Shown one piece after another: positions 18,052-27,036 of a stretch of 32,886 nt of DNA. The position numbers were made by a program, and so were the translations under genes. The notes under the pieces are model-generated. The model did not search any database. It saw only the letters and a program-made list of their open reading frames with translations, and was not told the DNA's origin. Origin of the DNA: an uncultured Thermotogae bacterium (GTDB taxonomy: Bacteria; Bipolaricaulota; Bipolaricaulia; UBA7950; UBA9294); contig CAZZJU010000003.1 in assembly GCA_964654805.1 (NCBI GenBank), forward strand, positions 1-32,886, read 5' to 3'. Numbering within the stretch: position 1 is the first letter of the stretch; every line of letters starts with the position of its first letter.

Positions 18052-19691
18052 CCGATCTTCTTCTGGTAAACATAGCGCTTTATATCGAGTTTGACGCTCT
18101 TCTCGAACGGTTCATCCACCAGGCTCACGAGATCTTTGTACTTGATTCGCTTAAACACAGCGAGGTTCTCACTCTTTTTCCTGATTCGCTCCCAAATGAG
18201 ATCAAGAGCCTTATCCGGGTCTGTGATTCCCTGTTCTCTGAGCACGTTCCAATTCGGGTAGACCTTTGCCGCCACCGCTGGTGCTCCCTGGCGTTCGTCT
18301 TCGTATACCATGATCTCTTCGATCTCTGGAATGGTGAGAAGTTCCCACTCAATCTCCTCAGGATACACGTTCTTTCCGGTCTCGAGAACGATCACATTCT
18401 TAGCTCGCCCGGAGATGATCACCCGATCGCCTTCCATCCGGCCAAGATCCCCAGTATGGAACCATCCATCCGGATCGATTACCTCCGCTGTCGCCTCCGG
18501 GTTTTTGTAGTACCCCTTCATTATGTTAGGCCCACGGGCGATGATCTCTCCGACTCCCGATTCGTCCGGGTTGTAAATACGCACTTCCACCCCGGGAAAC
18601 GGTACCATCCCCGGAGCAGTGGCGAACTTATCACTCATCGTTAATACAGGAGAGGTCTCAGTAAGTCCGTATCCTTCCATGATTCCGATTCCCATTTTCC
18701 TGAATCCCTGCGCCACTTCTGGACTAAGCGGAGCTCCGCCGGAGGTGAAAAAGCGGAAGTTCTTACCGAACAGCTTTCGCTTAACCAAGCTCCCCATAAG
18801 CGTGGGAGAAAGCCGGTAAAGAGCTCGCTTCACCGGGCTCTGATTGATCGAATCCATGATCCGCGCGTACAGAACATGGTACAGTTTAGGCACTCCAAGG
18901 ATGATAGTAGGATGCGCTTTTTTCATTACTAACGCGAGGTTACGATCGACAGGAGCGTAGGTTGTCGTTGCGCCGGCGATGATCGGAGTGATCAGTGTGA
19001 TAGTCAAACCGTATATGTGATACCAAGGGACGATAGTAAGGAAATCGTCCCGCTCGGACAGATCCACCACCTTAAGAGCGGTGAGGGCGTTGGAGGTTAT
19101 GTTCCGGTGGAGCAGCATTGCCCCCTTAGCGTTTCCGGTTGTGCCCGAGGTGTACATAAGGATCGCCATATCATCAGGGGAGACCTCCTCGGCCGGCGTC
19201 GGTTTCCTCCCGAGGAGAAGCGCATCAAGGAACAAGGCTTCCTTATCCTGTGGCCTATCCATTGACACGATGAATAATCCCGGCAGAGAGCTCTTTTTTA
19301 TCTCATTCATCTCGGCGAGCTTAAACCCCGAGATTACAGCTCCTTTCACCTCCGCTTCGGTGAGAATGCGTTCGATCTCTCCCCGCTGCAGATCGGGATC
19401 AAGGGGCAGTACGGTTGCCCCTGTCTTCAGGATTGCGAAGAAAGCGGTCACCCATGCTGCTCGCGGCTTGGAGATCAAAGCGACCTTATCCCCTTTCTGC
19501 ACTCCGAGTTCCCTGAGTGCAGTGGCAAATCGTCCAACCATTTCGCCTAAACGGGAGTAAGAGATCTCATTGAGCACCAGACTGATCCCGCCACCGCGTT
19601 TCCTTTCCTTAGGAATCGGCATACGAAGAGCTATCCGATCGCTGTGCTCGCGCACTGCGTTATCGAAAAGTTCATTTATCGTCGGATACAC
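18048..19691 (-). CDS. Long-chain fatty acid--CoA ligase-like AMP-binding enzyme (paralog 2)
   Basis: YTSGTTGNAKG, SGGAPL, EGYGLTE, GWFHTGDL, GRAKNVIVL, GKNVYPEEIE. GTG 19691 has an AAGGAGG SD. Confidence 0.9.
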   Translation of the reverse strand: MYPTINELFDNAVREHSDRIALRMPIPKERKRGGGISLVLNEISYSRLGEMVGRFATALRELGVQKGDKVALISKPRAAWVTAFFAILKTGATVLPLDPDLQRGEIERILTEAEVKGAVISGFKLAEMNEIKKSSLPGLFIVSMDRPQDKEALFLDALLLGRKPTPAEEVSPDDMAILMYTSGTTGNAKGAMLLHRNITSNALTALKVVDLSERDDFLTIVPWYHIYGLTITLITPIIAGATTTYAPVDRNLALVMKKAHPTIILGVPKLYHVLYARIMDSINQSPVKRALYRLSPTLMGSLVKRKLFGKNFRFFTSGGAPLSPEVAQGFRKMGIGIMEGYGLTETSPVLTMSDKFATAPGMVPFPGVEVRIYNPDESGVGEIIARGPNIMKGYYKNPEATAEVIDPDGWFHTGDLGRMEGDRVIISGRAKNVIVLETGKNVYPEEIEWELLTIPEIEEIMVYEDERQGAPAVAAKVYPNWNVLREQGITDPDKALDLIWERIRKKSENLAVFKRIKYKDLVSLVDEPFEKSVKLDIKRYVYQKKIG

Positions 19692-21285
19692 CGTTTCCTC
19701 CTTTGTACAGATGGCGTTTGATATCCATGGTGCTCGTCTTTGGAAATGGTGCATCGACGAGGATTACATCGCTCTTCCTGCGAATTCGCTTGTGTGGGGC
19801 GAGGCGATGTTGACGGCGTTTGATCTCTTCCCAAATCGCCTCATGAGCGTCTTCCCAGCGGCCATCCGCCAGGAGGCGTTCTTTATTTGGATAGATCATC
19901 GCTTTCACCACTTCGTGCCCCTGCTCTACCTCTCCGCGTACGAGCACCTCCTCCACGTACGGGATCCGCGAAAGCTCCCACTCGATTTCCTCAGGATACA
20001 CATTCTTACCACTCTCGAGGACGATTACGTTCTTAGCCCGCCCTTTCAGGAATATTTCTCCGTCCGGATCGATAAACGCCAGATCTCCGGTGTGAAACCA
20101 GCCTTCGGGGTCGATTGCCTCCTTGGTAGCTGCTTCGTTCTTGTAGTATCCCTGCATCACGGTCGGACCACGCACGAGAAGTTCTCCTACTCCATCCGGA
20201 CGGGTGTTTATAAGCTTTACCTCGATCTTCGGCAGCGGCCGACCGACTGATCCACCCTTCGGAGAAAACGGATCGCAGAACGAAACAACCGGTGATGTCT
20301 CAGTAAGCCCATATCCCTCGAGGAGACCTATCCCAAGGCGGCGGAACCCCTTGCTCACTTTGGGATCAAGAGGAGCTGAACCGGAGATGAAGAAGCGGAG
20401 CTTCCCCCCTGTAAGCGCTTGCTTCACTTTATTGCCCACCAATTTCGGGGCGACCCGCAACATGATCCTCCCTGCCAGGCTGCTGCGAACCTGAGACATA
20501 AGCTTCTCATACATCGCGTGATACAGCTTCGGCACTCCAGTGAACACGGTCACTCCGTATTTGCCTAGGAGCTTGCTGATCGAACGGTAATCATCTGTAT
20601 ATAGGGTGAATGATCCGGTATAAAGAGGGAGGAAAAGGGCGGTTGTGAGTCCGAGGATGTGATGCCAGGGAGCAATCGCCAAAAACACGTCTTGCTCGGT
20701 GATCGGCATCACTGCGATGCACGCTTCGATATCGGCGGTGATATTGCGGTGGCTCAGCATGACTCCTTTGGAGTTTCCGGTTGTACCGGAAGTGTAGGCA
20801 AGCACCGCGATATCCTCCTCCGTGATCTCCACTGACGGCGGCTCTCCATCGTGAAGCAGTGAGGAAAACGGTGTCCTGTTCTCTCCGTCGTCGAAATCGA
20901 TCACCAGCGGGCCGTTCTTCGGTAAGCGAGTGAACAGCTTGCCAGGAGCGAATACGGCTTTCACCCCTGCTTCCTCGATTAATGCCTCGGCCTCGTTCTT
21001 GGCAAGCGTCGGATCGAGCGGGACTATCCACGCACCAAGTTTAAGGATCCCCAATGCGGCAGCCGCGAACCGGATGCGGGGACGGGACATTATCGCCACT
21101 CGATCCCCTTCCTCAATTCCTAATTTCGCCAGGCCAGCAGCAAGGCGAGTTGACAACCGGTCAAGTTCCTTGAAAGAAATCTTATCAGGTTCACCAGGAT
21201 GCCCTTTCGTGTTTCCCACCGCAGGGCGGTCAGGAAACCGTTCGACCGTGCGGGAAAAATACTCCGGTATGGTGAGGTAACTCAA
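19672..21285 (-). CDS. Long-chain fatty acid--CoA ligase-like AMP-binding enzyme (paralog 1)
   Basis: YTSGTTGNSKG, SGSAPL, EGYGLTE, GWFHTGDL, GRAKNVIVL. TTG start with AAGGAG SD. Confidence 0.9.
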   Translation of the reverse strand: MSYLTIPEYFSRTVERFPDRPAVGNTKGHPGEPDKISFKELDRLSTRLAAGLAKLGIEEGDRVAIMSRPRIRFAAAALGILKLGAWIVPLDPTLAKNEAEALIEEAGVKAVFAPGKLFTRLPKNGPLVIDFDDGENRTPFSSLLHDGEPPSVEITEEDIAVLAYTSGTTGNSKGVMLSHRNITADIEACIAVMPITEQDVFLAIAPWHHILGLTTALFLPLYTGSFTLYTDDYRSISKLLGKYGVTVFTGVPKLYHAMYEKLMSQVRSSLAGRIMLRVAPKLVGNKVKQALTGGKLRFFISGSAPLDPKVSKGFRRLGIGLLEGYGLTETSPVVSFCDPFSPKGGSVGRPLPKIEVKLINTRPDGVGELLVRGPTVMQGYYKNEAATKEAIDPEGWFHTGDLAFIDPDGEIFLKGRAKNVIVLESGKNVYPEEIEWELSRIPYVEEVLVRGEVEQGHEVVKAMIYPNKERLLADGRWEDAHEAIWEEIKRRQHRLAPHKRIRRKSDVILVDAPFPKTSTMDIKRHLYKGGNGVSDDK

Positions 21286-21322
21286 TAATTATCTCCTTCG
21301 TCGTTAAATTCCATATTCAGTC

Positions 21323-21350
21323 ATTATAGAAGGTCACTGGGAAAGGTCAA
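21323..21350 (-). promoter_or_regulatory. Sigma70 promoter for the acyl-CoA ligase pair, overlapping the xseB 3' end
   Basis: Minus strand TTGACC-16 nt-TATAAT. Confidence 0.65.
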
Positions 21351-21552
21351 AATCGGAAATGGAGAACACTCCCTGAGCGCTTTCAAGAACCTGCTTCACC
21401 TTAAGTTTCGCTTGATCGAGCGATTCCTTTATCTGAGCGGCGAGCCCGACCCCCTGTTCGAATAGCTCGAGAGCTTCCTCAAGCGGAATCTCCTCATCCT
21501 CAAGACGCTTGGTGATCTCTTCGAGCTTTTTCAGCGCTTCCTCGATCTTCAA
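21334..21552 (-). CDS. xseB: Exodeoxyribonuclease VII small subunit
   Basis: IEEALKKLEEITKRLE...LEEALELFEQG. TTG start with AAGGAGGTGA SD. Follows xseA. Confidence 0.93.
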   Translation of the reverse strand: MKIEEALKKLEEITKRLEDEEIPLEEALELFEQGVGLAAQIKESLDQAKLKVKQVLESAQGVFSISDFDLSQ

Positions 21553-22762
21553 TTTTCACCTCCTTTACCTGCGAAACAACTGTACCATCGCGCAGTATGG
21601 TCTCTATCTCATCTCCAGGCAAAAGCCGCGTTACACTCCGAAGCGCCGCCTTCTCGCCAAGACGGCGGGTGATGGAGTAACCACGGGTAAGGGGGAATTT
21701 CGGATCAACCAGGCGCAGTTTTTCCCCAAGCATTTCCAACTTCCTGACGCGAGACAGATAAGCTTCTCGCACCTCGCGGAATATCTCGGATAACTGTGCA
21801 TCCAAAGTCTGCTCGGCGGTCTCCAACCGGCGGGTGGGGATGCGATATATGTACGCTCGGAGAGAGCTATCAAGGAGGCGTTCTCCCCGTTCGATTCGAG
21901 TGCGAATATTCCTCACAGCGCGGGATAACAGAAAGTCAACGGATGAGATGATTTCCCCTTTGTCTGGGACAGCGAGCTCGGCTGCTGCCGACGGGGTAGG
22001 GGCACGCTGGTCGGCGACGAAATCGACTATTGTAAAGTCGATTTCGTGTCCGACGGCGGATATCACTGGGATCGCGCACGAGAATACCGCTCGCGCCACC
22101 CGTTCGTCGTTAAACGGAGCGAGGTCCTCGAGCGACCCTCCTCCTCGACCGATAATGAGAAGATCGAGCCGTTCCACCGTCTCGCTGAACACCTGCGCCC
22201 GTATAATCCCAGCTACGATCTCATCTGGAGCTTGAACTCCCTGCACTTGGCTCGGGAAAAGGTAGATGGCGGCGAGAGGCCAACGTCGGGAGGTTACCGA
22301 GATGATGTCTCGGATCGCCGCGCCGTTCGGTGACGTTACCACGCCAATCCGTTCCGGAAACCTAGGGATTGGCTTTTTGTGTGCAGGATCAAACAGGCCT
22401 TCGGCATCGAGCTTCCGCTTCAACCGCTCGAACGCCGCCTGGAGAGCCCCCAATCCAGCCGATTGGATGATCGAGACGACAAATTGGTACCTGCCGCGTG
22501 GTTCGTAGATCGTTAGTCTGCCGAAAGCGATTACCTGCATCCCATCCTCGAGCGGCGGGGCCGGGATTAAGTCAGCTCTACCGCGGAACCTGACGGCTGA
22601 AATCTCCGACGCCTCATCCTTGATCGTGAAGTAAAGGTGCCCAGCGGCGGAGCTCCGCAGGTTAGAGATCTCTCCTTGGAGCCAGATCGAGCCGATCCCT
22701 TCCTCCAGAAGCCTCTTTGCTTCCCGGTTAAGCTCTGAGACTTTGTATATCCTCTCTTCCAT
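21500..22762 (-). CDS. xseA: Exodeoxyribonuclease VII large subunit
   Basis: YKVSELN, GEISN, GHLYFTIKD, VTSPNGAAIRD, GRGGGSLEDL, SAVGHEIDFT, APTPSAAAE, LTRGYS. Start ATG 22762 or GTG 22768. Confidence 0.95.
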   Translation of the reverse strand: MEERIYKVSELNREAKRLLEEGIGSIWLQGEISNLRSSAAGHLYFTIKDEASEISAVRFRGRADLIPAPPLEDGMQVIAFGRLTIYEPRGRYQFVVSIIQSAGLGALQAAFERLKRKLDAEGLFDPAHKKPIPRFPERIGVVTSPNGAAIRDIISVTSRRWPLAAIYLFPSQVQGVQAPDEIVAGIIRAQVFSETVERLDLLIIGRGGGSLEDLAPFNDERVARAVFSCAIPVISAVGHEIDFTIVDFVADQRAPTPSAAAELAVPDKGEIISSVDFLLSRAVRNIRTRIERGERLLDSSLRAYIYRIPTRRLETAEQTLDAQLSEIFREVREAYLSRVRKLEMLGEKLRLVDPKFPLTRGYSITRRLGEKAALRSVTRLLPGDEIETILRDGTVVSQVKEVKIEDRGSAEKARRDHQAS

Positions 22763-22807
22763 GTTCACCGTTTGAGTGTACCCGCCTTTGCCCGTAGAAT
22801 TAAAGTC

Positions 22808-22836
22808 TTGCAAGCTGAAGCCCTTTCTGCTATAGT
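22808..22836 (+). promoter_or_regulatory. Sigma70 promoter with extended -10 for rnpA-greA-lysS; probably gives a leaderless mRNA
   Basis: TTGCAA-17 nt-TATAGT with TGn before the -10. ATG lies 7 nt downstream with no room for an SD. Confidence 0.7.
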
Positions 22837-22843
22837 TTTGCGC

Positions 22844-23329
22844 ATGCGCGAGGGTGGTACGGCCCGATTCCCCTCCGAGTTCCGGTTGAAGAAGAGAACC
22901 GACTTCAAACGGGTATACGAGGATGGGGCAAAACGGGTGGGGAAGTATTTTTCCATTTTTATCCTTCCCACCGAGAAAGAGGGGCGGATCGGGATTGTAG
23001 TCTCCCGCAGATTTGGGAAAGCGGTGGAACGCAATCGGATAAAGAGGCTTATACGTGAAGCTTATCGCCTAAATCGTGTAAAATTCGCGGGTATGGACCT
23101 AGTGGTCATCCCACGAGAGAGATGCAAGGGGAAAAGCGCAAAGGAGATCGAGCGCGCGCTTCTTACAGAGGTGAGAGAAGCGGCGCTGGAGGTGAAAGAT
23201 GGAAAAAGAAGTCATATACCTGACGAAAAGCGGTTACGAGCTGATGCAGAAAGAGCTCGAACATGCGAAAAAGATCCTGTACGAAGAGATCCCGGAGAAA
23301 CTGAAAGCGTCGAAGATCAGTGGCGGTGA
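22844..23329 (+). CDS. rnpA: Ribonuclease P protein component with a C-terminal extension overlapping greA
   Basis: RLKKRTDFKRVY, RIGIVVSRRFGKAVERNRIKRLIREAYR (RNR motif), DLVVIPR. Confidence 0.92.
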   Translation: MREGGTARFPSEFRLKKRTDFKRVYEDGAKRVGKYFSIFILPTEKEGRIGIVVSRRFGKAVERNRIKRLIREAYRLNRVKFAGMDLVVIPRERCKGKSAKEIERALLTEVREAALEVKDGKRSHIPDEKRLRADAERARTCEKDPVRRDPGETESVEDQWR

Positions 23330-23684
23330 CCTGCGGGAGAACAAAGAATATATGTACCTGCAGAGCGAGCAGCAGTATTACGAGCGCGAGGTGCGACGTC
23401 TCACTTCGATCCTCGAGGCCGCACAGATAATCCCTGAGGAGGAGATCGCCGCAGACGAGATCGGGATCGGTTCCAGTTTCATCCTCCAAGATATGGAGAT
23501 CATGGAGAGTGGAAACTTCACCCTGGTCAGTCCAGCCGAAGTGGATCTCGAAAACGGCAAGATCTCCATCGCCTCCCCGGTCGGCAAAGCACTCATTGGA
23601 AAGCATGAGGGGGATGAGATCAAGGTAGAACTCCCCTGGGGAACCACCCATTTCCGCGTCATCGCAATTAACAAAAACAAGTAG
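23199..23684 (+). CDS. greA: Transcription elongation factor GreA
   Basis: YLTKSGY, GDLRENKEY, ISIASPVGKALIG. SD GGAGGTGA. Common greA-lysS pairing. Confidence 0.92.
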   Translation: MEKEVIYLTKSGYELMQKELEHAKKILYEEIPEKLKASKISGGDLRENKEYMYLQSEQQYYEREVRRLTSILEAAQIIPEEEIAADEIGIGSSFILQDMEIMESGNFTLVSPAEVDLENGKISIASPVGKALIGKHEGDEIKVELPWGTTHFRVIAINKNK

Positions 23685-23686
23685 AC

Positions 23687-25168
23687 ATGGAAGACTCACT
23701 GTTCGAAGCACGGTTGGAGAAACTCTCCCGGTTACGTGCGCAAGGCATAGATCCTTATCCCCCGCGTGCCGAGCGCAAAGATTCGATTGGCTACTTGGTT
23801 TCCTGCTACTCTGAGCTTAATCCGGAAGAGCGCAGTGGGGACCGAGCATCGATCGCCGGACGAATTATTGCCATTCGCAGAATGGGAAAAGCGAGTTTTT
23901 TCGATTTGCGCGATGGAACCGGGAAGATTCAACTCCACGCCGCTGCCGACATCCTTGGGGAGGAGGAGTACAAGCTGCTGCGAAACTGTGATATCGGTGA
24001 CTTTATTTCGGTAACGGGAGAGGTCTTCCGCACCAAGCGCGGGGAGCTAACTGTCGAGGTGGAGGGGTGGAAACTCCTTTCCAAGGCGCTTCGACCTCTG
24101 CCCGAGAAGTGGCACGGGTTGAAAGATGTTGAGCTGCGCTATCGCCATCGGGCGCTTGATCTGATCGCCAACGACGACGTACGCGAGAAGTTCGTGCATC
24201 GTTCGCGGATGATCGCAGCAATGCGTAGATTCCTCGACCGCCGTGGCTTCCTCGAGGTGGAGACCCCGATCATGCAGCCGATCGCCGGTGGGGCGACAGC
24301 ACGACCGTTTGTCACCCACCACAACGCCCTCGACATCGACCTATACCTGCGCGTCGCTCCTGAGCTCTATCTGAAGCGACTCGTCATCGGGGGACTTGAG
24401 CGGGTGTACGAGCTCGGGAAGAACTTCCGCAATGAGGGAATATCCACCGAGCACAATCCGGAGTTTACTACCCTAGAGATCTATGAGGCCTACTCCGATT
24501 ACGAGGGAATGATGACCCTGGCCGAGGAGCTGATCTCGGAGAGTGCGCGCGAGGTCCTTGGGGATACTGTGATCACCTATCAGGGAAAGACGATCGACTT
24601 GACGCCTCCGTGGCGGCGCGTTGGCCTCCTGGACGCGGTGGAGGAAGCAACCGGAATCGTGGTATCAGGCAAGCCAGCGAAAGAGATTGTCGCTCAAGCA
24701 CGGGATAAAGGGATCGCCCTTCCAGAAGAAGAGCTATCCAGGGGAAAACTGATCGAAAAGTTGTTTGAGGACTTCGTCGAGCCGACCCTGATCCAACCGA
24801 CGATCGTCAAGGACTACCCGATCGAGATCTCCCCTCTCGCCAAGCGCAAGCCAGGAAGCGATGAGTTGGTCGAGCGATTCGAGCTGTTTATCGGTGGAAT
24901 GGAGGTAGCAAACGCGTTCACCGAACTGAACGACCCACTGGACCAGCGCGCCCGGTTCGAGGCACAGGAACAGCTACGGGAAAGCGGGGACGAAGAGGCG
25001 CAACGGATCGACGAAGACTTCCTCTTCGCCCTAGAACACGGAATGCCTCCCACCGGAGGCATCGGGTTCGGAATTGATAGACTGGCAATGCTGTTCACTG
25101 ATTCTCCGTCCATACGCGAAGTGATCCTCTTCCCCACCCTTAAAGGGAAGAAGGAGGACAAGAAATGA
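23687..25168 (+). CDS. lysS: Lysine--tRNA ligase (class II)
   Basis: RRMGKASF, LRPLPEKWHGL, EVETP, GGATARPF, LRVAPELYLKR, FRNEG...HNPEFT, RFELF, GMPPTGGIGFGIDRL. Confidence 0.98.
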   Translation: MEDSLFEARLEKLSRLRAQGIDPYPPRAERKDSIGYLVSCYSELNPEERSGDRASIAGRIIAIRRMGKASFFDLRDGTGKIQLHAAADILGEEEYKLLRNCDIGDFISVTGEVFRTKRGELTVEVEGWKLLSKALRPLPEKWHGLKDVELRYRHRALDLIANDDVREKFVHRSRMIAAMRRFLDRRGFLEVETPIMQPIAGGATARPFVTHHNALDIDLYLRVAPELYLKRLVIGGLERVYELGKNFRNEGISTEHNPEFTTLEIYEAYSDYEGMMTLAEELISESAREVLGDTVITYQGKTIDLTPPWRRVGLLDAVEEATGIVVSGKPAKEIVAQARDKGIALPEEELSRGKLIEKLFEDFVEPTLIQPTIVKDYPIEISPLAKRKPGSDELVERFELFIGGMEVANAFTELNDPLDQRARFEAQEQLRESGDEEAQRIDEDFLFALEHGMPPTGGIGFGIDRLAMLFTDSPSIREVILFPTLKGKKEDKK

Positions 25169-25737
25169 ACCCAGTATTAAGTCGGGTAGCTCGGCGCACC
25201 GATTTGCTAATTGAAGCGCTATTCCGTTGGGACCGGGAGACGCTGCAAGCGATCAGCGAACATCCGTGGTTGAAGAAACTATCCCTGTTCTTCCTTGTTG
25301 CCACTTATCTCGGGGACGGTTACCTGTGGGGCGGACTCGCCCTTGGATTGATCCTGTTCGGTCGACCAATCGACCGCATTTACATCTTGATCGGGCTCGC
25401 CGTATCAGTCGTCAACATTGCGGTATTCCGCATGTTTAAACTCGTATTCGCCCGCGAACGGCCGGTGCTGGTGATCAATTCGCTGCGTTCGCGGATGATC
25501 GATTCCTATTCCTTCCCGTCCGGACATTCCACCGTATCGTTCGGGCTGGCGTGGGTGATTACTTCATTTTACCCCCACCTGCCGATTCAATTGGCGGCTT
25601 ATTTCGTTGCGATAACGATCGGCATCTCCCGCATCTATTTGAAAGAACACTATCCCCTCGATGTCATCGGAGGAGCGGTACTCGGATCGTTCGTAGCCGC
25701 ATACCTTGTTCCTGTCTTCTCCAAGCTGTTCCTTTGA
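25165..25737 (+). CDS. PAP2-family membrane phosphatase
   Basis: K-x6-RP (KLVFARERP), SFPSGHS, SRIYLKEHYPLDV. Confidence 0.9.
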   Translation: MNPVLSRVARRTDLLIEALFRWDRETLQAISEHPWLKKLSLFFLVATYLGDGYLWGGLALGLILFGRPIDRIYILIGLAVSVVNIAVFRMFKLVFARERPVLVINSLRSRMIDSYSFPSGHSTVSFGLAWVITSFYPHLPIQLAAYFVAITIGISRIYLKEHYPLDVIGGAVLGSFVAAYLVPVFSKLFL

Positions 25738-25763
25738 ACTTTTCCCCCAACTTCCAGTAAAAT
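25734..25763 (+). promoter_or_regulatory. Putative sigma70 promoter for the aminotransferase
   Basis: TTGAAC-18 nt-TAAAAT. Confidence 0.5.
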
Positions 25764-25805
25764 GTAATGCGGTGCGTTGTGCCGACGCACGCGCAAGGGG
25801 GAACA

Positions 25806-27035
25806 ATGAATCGATTCATTTCCAAACGTGCCGCTGGCACGAAACGCTCGGCTATTCGGGAACTCCTAAAACTCACGGAAAAACCGGAAATTATCTCGTT
25901 CGCAGGTGGACTCCCCGACCCAGAGACGTTTCCACGTGAGGAATTGGCACAGATCGCCGCGGATGAACTCCGCAATCACTATGAAAACGTACTTCAGTAC
26001 GGGGCGAGCGAGGGGAGTCTCACTCTACGCAAGGCAGTATCGGCGTGGTTTGCCACGCATGGCCTGAAGGTCAGTGTGGACGAGATGCTCGTTACCACTG
26101 CTTCCCAACAAGGACTAGATCTGATTGGGAAGGCATTCATCGACCCGGGGGATGTAGTACTCTGCGGACTTCCCACCTACCTCGGAGCGATCCAAGCGTT
26201 CCGCCTGTTTCAGGCTGACCTCATCGGAGTCCCGTTGGAAAACGACGGGATGGATCTGGACGCGCTGGAAGAGAAAATAAAACAAGCAAAAGCTAACGGG
26301 AAAAGGGTTAAAGGCGTTTACGTGATTCCTGATTTCCAGAACCCAACTGGAATCACAATGTCGCTGGAAAAACGGATCCGTCTCTTTGACATTGCTCGTC
26401 GTGAGGATCTCCTTATCTTCGAGGACGATCCTTACGGCCAATTACGCTTTGCCGGGGAGCAAATCCCATCGATCAAAAGCATGGATGAAGACGGTAGGGT
26501 GATCCTCCTGTTCACGCTGTCGAAGGTCCTGTCAGCTGGGCTGCGGCTGGCGATCCTTGTAGCCGATACCCGGTTTATGGACGTCTTCGTACGGATGAAG
26601 CAAGCATCGGATCTTTGTACTTCCAAGCTCACCCAACACTTGGCGGCTCGCTTTTTCCTCGACTACGACATGGACGCGCATCTCGACTTACTGCGCCGTC
26701 GCTACCGAACCAAGCGCGATGCAATGCTCGCCGCTTTGTCCCGTCACATGCCGGAAGACGAAGGGATCGTCTGGACTCGCCCCGATGGAGGTTTGTTCCT
26801 GTGGGTTCAGCTCCCGGAGGAGATAGATACGGAAGAGATGTTCCCGCGCGCGCTTGAAAAGAAAGTCGCCTACGTAATCGGAAACGCTTTCTACGTCGAT
26901 GGAAGCGGAAGTAATGCTATGAGACTTTGCTACTCTGTGGTGAGTGAGGAAAAGATCGAAGAGGGAATAAAGCGCCTCTCTGAAGTGGTGCGTGAGGAAC
27001 TGGCACGCAACCGGATCAAAGGGCCTGTAGGATGA
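25806..27035 (+). CDS. PLP-dependent class I/II aminotransferase (LysN/Aro8-like)
   Basis: SAIRELLK, ISFAGGLPDP, LQYG, PDFQNPTG, EDDPY, TLSKVLSAGLR, PDGGLFLW. Confidence 0.92.
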   Translation: MNRFISKRAAGTKRSAIRELLKLTEKPEIISFAGGLPDPETFPREELAQIAADELRNHYENVLQYGASEGSLTLRKAVSAWFATHGLKVSVDEMLVTTASQQGLDLIGKAFIDPGDVVLCGLPTYLGAIQAFRLFQADLIGVPLENDGMDLDALEEKIKQAKANGKRVKGVYVIPDFQNPTGITMSLEKRIRLFDIARREDLLIFEDDPYGQLRFAGEQIPSIKSMDEDGRVILLFTLSKVLSAGLRLAILVADTRFMDVFVRMKQASDLCTSKLTQHLAARFFLDYDMDAHLDLLRRRYRTKRDAMLAALSRHMPEDEGIVWTRPDGGLFLWVQLPEEIDTEEMFPRALEKKVAYVIGNAFYVDGSGSNAMRLCYSVVSEEKIEEGIKRLSEVVREELARNRIKGPVG

Positions 27036-27036
27036 T

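Noticed and set aside
18006-20250. 212-aa and 226-aa plus-strand ORFs that resemble each other
   Set aside because: They are antisense shadows of the two paralogous ligases, which explains the similarity.
21330-21349. AAGGTCA direct repeat over the acyl-CoA ligase promoter as a possible operator
   Set aside because: Only two 7-mers, largely within xseB coding sequence and partly explained by the -35 box.
22772-22843. ORF-track N-terminal extension of RnpA (Thermus-like long form)
   Set aside because: It lies upstream of the predicted TSS, spans the promoter, and no rpmH is encoded there.
25772-25790. Short hairpin in the aminotransferase leader
   Set aside because: A short stem only, compatible with a generic 5' stabiliser or chance; too small for a known riboswitch.
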